From Pyrobaculum calidifontis JCM 11548 (GTDB lineage: Archaea > Thermoproteota > Thermoprotei > Thermoproteales > Thermoproteaceae): 32,000 bases of DNA. Under the pieces are notes generated by a model. It was not told where the DNA came from. It made no database searches and worked only from the letters and a program-made list of their open reading frames with translations. The stretch covers positions 1,560,001-1,592,000 of the forward strand of contig NC_009073.1 of the NCBI RefSeq assembly GCF_000015805.1. The letters run 5' to 3'. Within the stretch, counting starts at the first letter, position 1. Every line of letters starts with the position of its first letter. This document shows, one piece after another, positions 30,543-32,000 of this stretch. Position numbers and translations under genes: made by a program.

Positions 30543-31510
30543 ATTTCCGCGACTCTTTCAACCCTCTTCCCCATCTCTCTGCCGCCGAGGAAGTCGCGGA
30601 CGCTGTACAATACTGCATACTTTTCCACGCCTAGCTTGCGCAATGACTCTTGTACATATGACTCAATCACGTCTCGCCTTGTCCCATGTACCATGAAGTA
30701 GCAGGGGTATTCCCACTTCCCTGGCACTGTGTTTCTCAAAACCACATGGGTAGAGATGGGCAACATCGCCACCTCTTCGCACTTGGCCTCCCTCATTACC
30801 ACCATGGCGTTTTCTCTAAAGCCGACAGCCTCTCCGTCTAACGTGGCGTGTAAATCGCGGAGTACGCCCAGCTTTATCAACTCCTTTATTTTCTCAAGGG
30901 TCTGTGCAACCGACAAACCCAGCACCGCGGCTGCCTCCTTGAACGGCTCTGGGACAAGCGGTAGCGATTTGATTTTTCCAAAGAACTCCATCGGAATTCC
31001 CAGCGATTTCACAGAGGGCGGATCCTCCGGCATTATGTACCCCCTGGTCCAAGAGATGCCGCGGCGGAGGTCGAATCTGACATCCACCTTGTAGGACCTG
31101 AGCGAGTAAAGTACCACGTAGTCTACGCCGAACTTGTCCGCCACAGCCTTCACCTTGGCCTCTAGCTCCTCCTTCGAGTGCGCCTTAGTTACAAACCAGA
31201 GGTTGTACGGCCTGTAGTCGCGCTGGAAGTTGTGGCTGACCATAGGATCCCTATTAACCTCGGCCGCCACCTCCTCGATCCTATCCTCAGGCACCGCCAT
31301 GCCCACCAACGCGGCCACCATGCCGCGGGACTTGTAATTGAGGATTGCGCCTATGCGCTTCAACACCCCGCTCAAGACGGCCTCCCTAAGCCTCTCCAAT
31401 ACCCACGACTCAGAGGTCCCCAGGGTATCCGCAATTGCTTGAAAAGGTCTCTCCACTAGGGGGAAGTCGTATTGCACAGCCATTAGCAAGTCCACCGTCT
31501 TGGCGTCCAT
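30539..31510 (-). CDS. ahbAB: Siroheme decarboxylase, fused AhbA/AhbB (NirDL-like, Lrp/AsnC-type fold)
   Basis: The ORF has two tandem halves, each starting with an HTH-like segment ([27 protein letters not shown]; [26 protein letters not shown]). This is typical of NirD/L/G/H-AhbA/B proteins. I chose ATG 31510 over GTG 31516 because the AT box at 31531-31540 is about 25 nt upstream of it. Confidence 0.8.
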   Translation of the reverse strand: MDAKTVDLLMAVQYDFPLVERPFQAIADTLGTSESWVLERLREAVLSGVLKRIGAILNYKSRGMVAALVGMAVPEDRIEEVAAEVNRDPMVSHNFQRDYRPYNLWFVTKAHSKEELEAKVKAVADKFGVDYVVLYSLRSYKVDVRFDLRRGISWTRGYIMPEDPPSVKSLGIPMEFFGKIKSLPLVPEPFKEAAAVLGLSVAQTLEKIKELIKLGVLRDLHATLDGEAVGFRENAMVVMREAKCEEVAMLPISTHVVLRNTVPGKWEYPCYFMVHGTRRDVIESYVQESLRKLGVEKYAVLYSVRDFLGGREMGKRVERVAEI

Positions 31511-31530
31511 ACCCACGTGATCCGTTTGAA

Positions 31531-31540
31531 CTAATTAATC
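31531..31540 (-). promoter_or_regulatory. TATA-like AT box for ahbAB
   Basis: ctaattaatc is centred about 25 nt upstream of ATG 31510. Confidence 0.45.
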
Positions 31541-31587
31541 TTAGCTGAAACGATAAACGGCGTTGGCAACAAGCCCGCTTGCATATG

Positions 31588-31605
31588 AGGCGCAAATAGG
31601 CGCAA
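31588..31605. repeat. Tandem direct repeat aggcgcaa x2 with 10-nt period
   Basis: aggcgcaa occurs at 31588-31595 and 31598-31605. A related tcgcaa lies at 31619-31624. All sit in the 112-nt hemB/ahbAB spacer. Confidence 0.35.
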
Positions 31606-31628
31606 GGAGTAGCGCTGTTCGCAATGCG

Positions 31629-32000
31629 CTAGAAGGGCAGTCCCTCTTTTATCCACTTGGCCGCTTCAAGCGCGTGATATGTTAATATTAGATCGGCGCC
31701 TGCCCTCTTTATCGCCGTCAATATCTCTAGCGTTATCGTCCTTTCGTCGACATAGCCGGCTGTCGCGGCCGCCTTTACGAGGGAGTACTCGCCAGAGACG
31801 TTATATGCGGCTAGGGGGACCCATGGAAAGTGCTGTTTCACAAGCCTAATGACGTCTAGGTAGGCCAAGGCTGGTTTTACCATCACTATGTCGGCCCCCT
31901 CCTCAAGGTCCATGGCCACCTCCTTCAACGCCTCGTAGGCGTTGCGGGGGTCCATTTGGTAAGTCCTCCTATCGCCGAACTTTGGGGCCGATGCCGCGGC
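31629..32000 (-). CDS. hemB: Porphobilinogen synthase (delta-aminolevulinic acid dehydratase), C-terminal part; 5' end beyond the window
   Basis: The frame is open to the window edge. It has [18 protein letters not shown] (active-site Lys region), AYNVSGEY and LILTYHA, which are typical of HemB. Confidence 0.9.
   Translation of the reverse strand, partial: AAASAPKFGDRRTYQMDPRNAYEALKEVAMDLEEGADIVMVKPALAYLDVIRLVKQHFPWVPLAAYNVSGEYSLVKAAATAGYVDERTITLEILTAIKRAGADLILTYHALEAAKWIKEGLPF

Noticed and set aside
1-32000. I searched by eye for CRISPR repeats, tRNA/rRNA genes, C/D-box sRNAs, transposases, integrases and long terminal inverted repeats.
   Set aside because: I saw no regularly spaced direct repeats. 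No intergenic space is longer than about 116 nt. There are no RUGAUGA...CUGA pairs in non-coding DNA, and no transposase- or integrase-like ORF. A covariance-model scan (tRNAscan-SE/Infernal) would be needed for certainty.

Overview
This is a dense, almost gap-free archaeal chromosome segment with about 38 protein-coding genes. By eye I found no rRNA, tRNA, CRISPR array, transposase or integrase.

Three things point to a hyperthermophilic crenarchaeon of the Thermoproteales (Pyrobaculum/Thermoproteus-like); this is inference only.
- AT-rich TATA-like boxes sit about 22-27 nt upstream of most start codons, implying leaderless mRNAs.
- Overlaps and translational coupling are pervasive, and GTG/TTG starts are frequent.
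- Gene content fits: archaeal DtdA, ABCE1, an Lhr-type helicase, protein disulfide oxidoreductase, LDH-like malate dehydrogenase, and siroheme-dependent Ahb heme genes.

Recognisable housekeeping genes, in order:
- 41-5567: dtdA, acyl-CoA synthetase, M20 peptidase, UbiE-like methyltransferase
- 8511-13234: TRIC channel, 2H phosphoesterase (LigT), ABCE1, GT2 glycosyltransferase
- 15898-25874: Lhr helicase, CBS protein, ITPase, PDO, MDH, NADH oxidase/CoA-disulfide reductase, DAO-type flavoprotein, thioredoxin-like protein
- 25928-28443: UbiA prenyltransferase, MFS transporter, ribosomal protein uL6
- 28538-32000: heme cluster (radical SAM AhbC/D-type, hemC, fused ahbAB, partial hemB)

Four loci are the best candidates for something undescribed:
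- 5581-8579: a five-gene orphan locus built from two translationally coupled pairs. It includes a Zn-ribbon protein coupled to an O-methyltransferase-fold protein whose glycine-rich SAM loop is missing.
- 3742-4886: a Tat-signal SagB-type flavoprotein head-to-head with a 3-TM protein carrying H-x13-H on one helix. This may be a minimal extracytoplasmic redox module.
- 8511-11906: an ABCE1 / LigT / degenerate LAGLIDADG-like / TRIC co-directional string.
- 13351-14879: an RHH-headed orphan trio.

All functional calls rest on motif recognition by eye. No database search was run.
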